Positions 63,474 to 64,000 of a stretch of DNA of 64,000 nucleotides are shown here, piece after piece (positions within the stretch are counted from its first letter, which is position 1; each line of letters opens with the position of its first letter). The DNA comes from Acidimicrobiia bacterium (GTDB lineage Bacteria; Actinomycetota; Acidimicrobiia; Acidimicrobiales; MedAcidi-G1): positions 48,552-112,551 of the forward strand of contig DUAC01000093.1 of NCBI GenBank assembly GCA_012961035.1, in the 5' to 3' direction. The translations under genes were made by a program, and so were the position numbers. A model generated the notes under the pieces. The model was given only the letters and a program-made list of their open reading frames with translations. It was not told the DNA's origin and did no database searches.

Positions 63474-64000
63474 ATGTTGATGAGCTGGCCACCATCGACG
63501 AGCACCGCGTGTCCGGTCAGCCAACTGGCCGCATCCGAGGCCAGGAACAGGACCGTGTTGGCGATGTCCTCGGGCTCGCCCAGGCGCTTCATCGGAAGGT
63601 TCTGGGCAATGGCGTCACCGCGGCCGTCCTCCCAGAGGGCCCTGGCGAAGTCCGTACGGATCAGGCCGGGACAGACTGCGTTTACCCGGACCTTCGGACC
63701 CATCTCGGCGGCCAGCTGCTCGGTGAGGTGGATGAGTGCCCGCTTGGTGAGGTCGTAGACGCCCAGGATGGCGTTGGTCCCGTAGGCCCCCACCGACGAG
63801 ACGTTGATCACCGCTCCGCCGTGTTCCTTCATCCAGGCGTTCCAACAGGCCTGGGTCCAGACCAGTGGCGTGGTGAGGTTGGTGGCGAAGGTCTTCTCCC
63901 AACGGGGCATGTCGATGTCGATGACCGGACCGGCGTACGGGTTGGTGGCAGCGTTGTTGACCAGCACGTCGATTGCGCCGAAGGCCTCCAACGTGGCGTC
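63467..64000 (-). CDS. SDR-family oxidoreductase, N-terminus outside window
   Basis: ORF 63467..63991 continues in frame to the window edge. NNAA and YDLTK (YxxxK) motifs. The Gly-rich NAD(P) motif would lie beyond 64000. Confidence 0.85.
   Translation of the reverse strand, partial: DATLEAFGAIDVLVNNAATNPYAGPVIDIDMPRWEKTFATNLTTPLVWTQACWNAWMKEHGGAVINVSSVGAYGTNAILGVYDLTKRALIHLTEQLAAEMGPKVRVNAVCPGLIRTDFARALWEDGRGDAIAQNLPMKRLGEPEDIANTVLFLASDAASWLTGHAVLVDGGQLINIS

Overview
High-GC (roughly two-thirds G+C by eye), densely coding chromosomal segment with actinobacterial-type synteny, possibly an Acidimicrobiia-like lineage (inference only). I call about 54 CDS on both strands, many with 1-4 nt start/stop overlaps. 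The housekeeping content is: a complete F1Fo ATP synthase operon on the minus strand (wecA, two small AtpZ/AtpI-like membrane proteins, atpBEFHAGDC), with glyA upstream and glpX convergent; an AddB/AddA-type helicase-nuclease pair; ileS; class I ribonucleotide reductase nrdAB; methylmalonyl-CoA mutase mutA-mutB-meaB; dus; and maf. The rest is a ferric-type ABC uptake set with a DtxR-family regulator and an orphan FetB-like exporter permease, plus many lipid/xenobiotic enzymes: two PhyH dioxygenase + acyl-CoA ligase pairs, a 2OG oxygenase, two LLM oxidoreductases, four SDRs, an epoxide hydrolase, an alpha/beta hydrolase, a thiolase-like protein, a nitronate monooxygenase, CitE, FGE and inositol-3-phosphate synthase. 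I saw no rRNA or tRNA genes, transposases, integrases, CRISPR arrays, or recognisable defence or toxin genes. I found no convincing evidence for a novel multi-gene system; this looks like an ordinary core region. The best second-look items are modest: (1) an ATP synthase b subunit with a signal-peptide-bearing acidic N-terminal extension, and an alpha subunit with a C-terminal tail; (2) a 383-nt structured leader before nrdAB; (3) palindromes and TTAGG motifs in the iron-transport intergenic regions, next to a DtxR-family protein with altered metal ligands; (4) a start-codon/frame discrepancy at an LLM gene; (5) an acidic tandem-repeat protein; (6) a Tat-signal PhoX-like protein with a C-terminal anchor sitting 3 nt after meaB; (7) two cases where the 3' end and stop codon of an SDR gene are duplicated just downstream. 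All functional calls rest on motif and family recognition from the translated ORFs. No database search was run.
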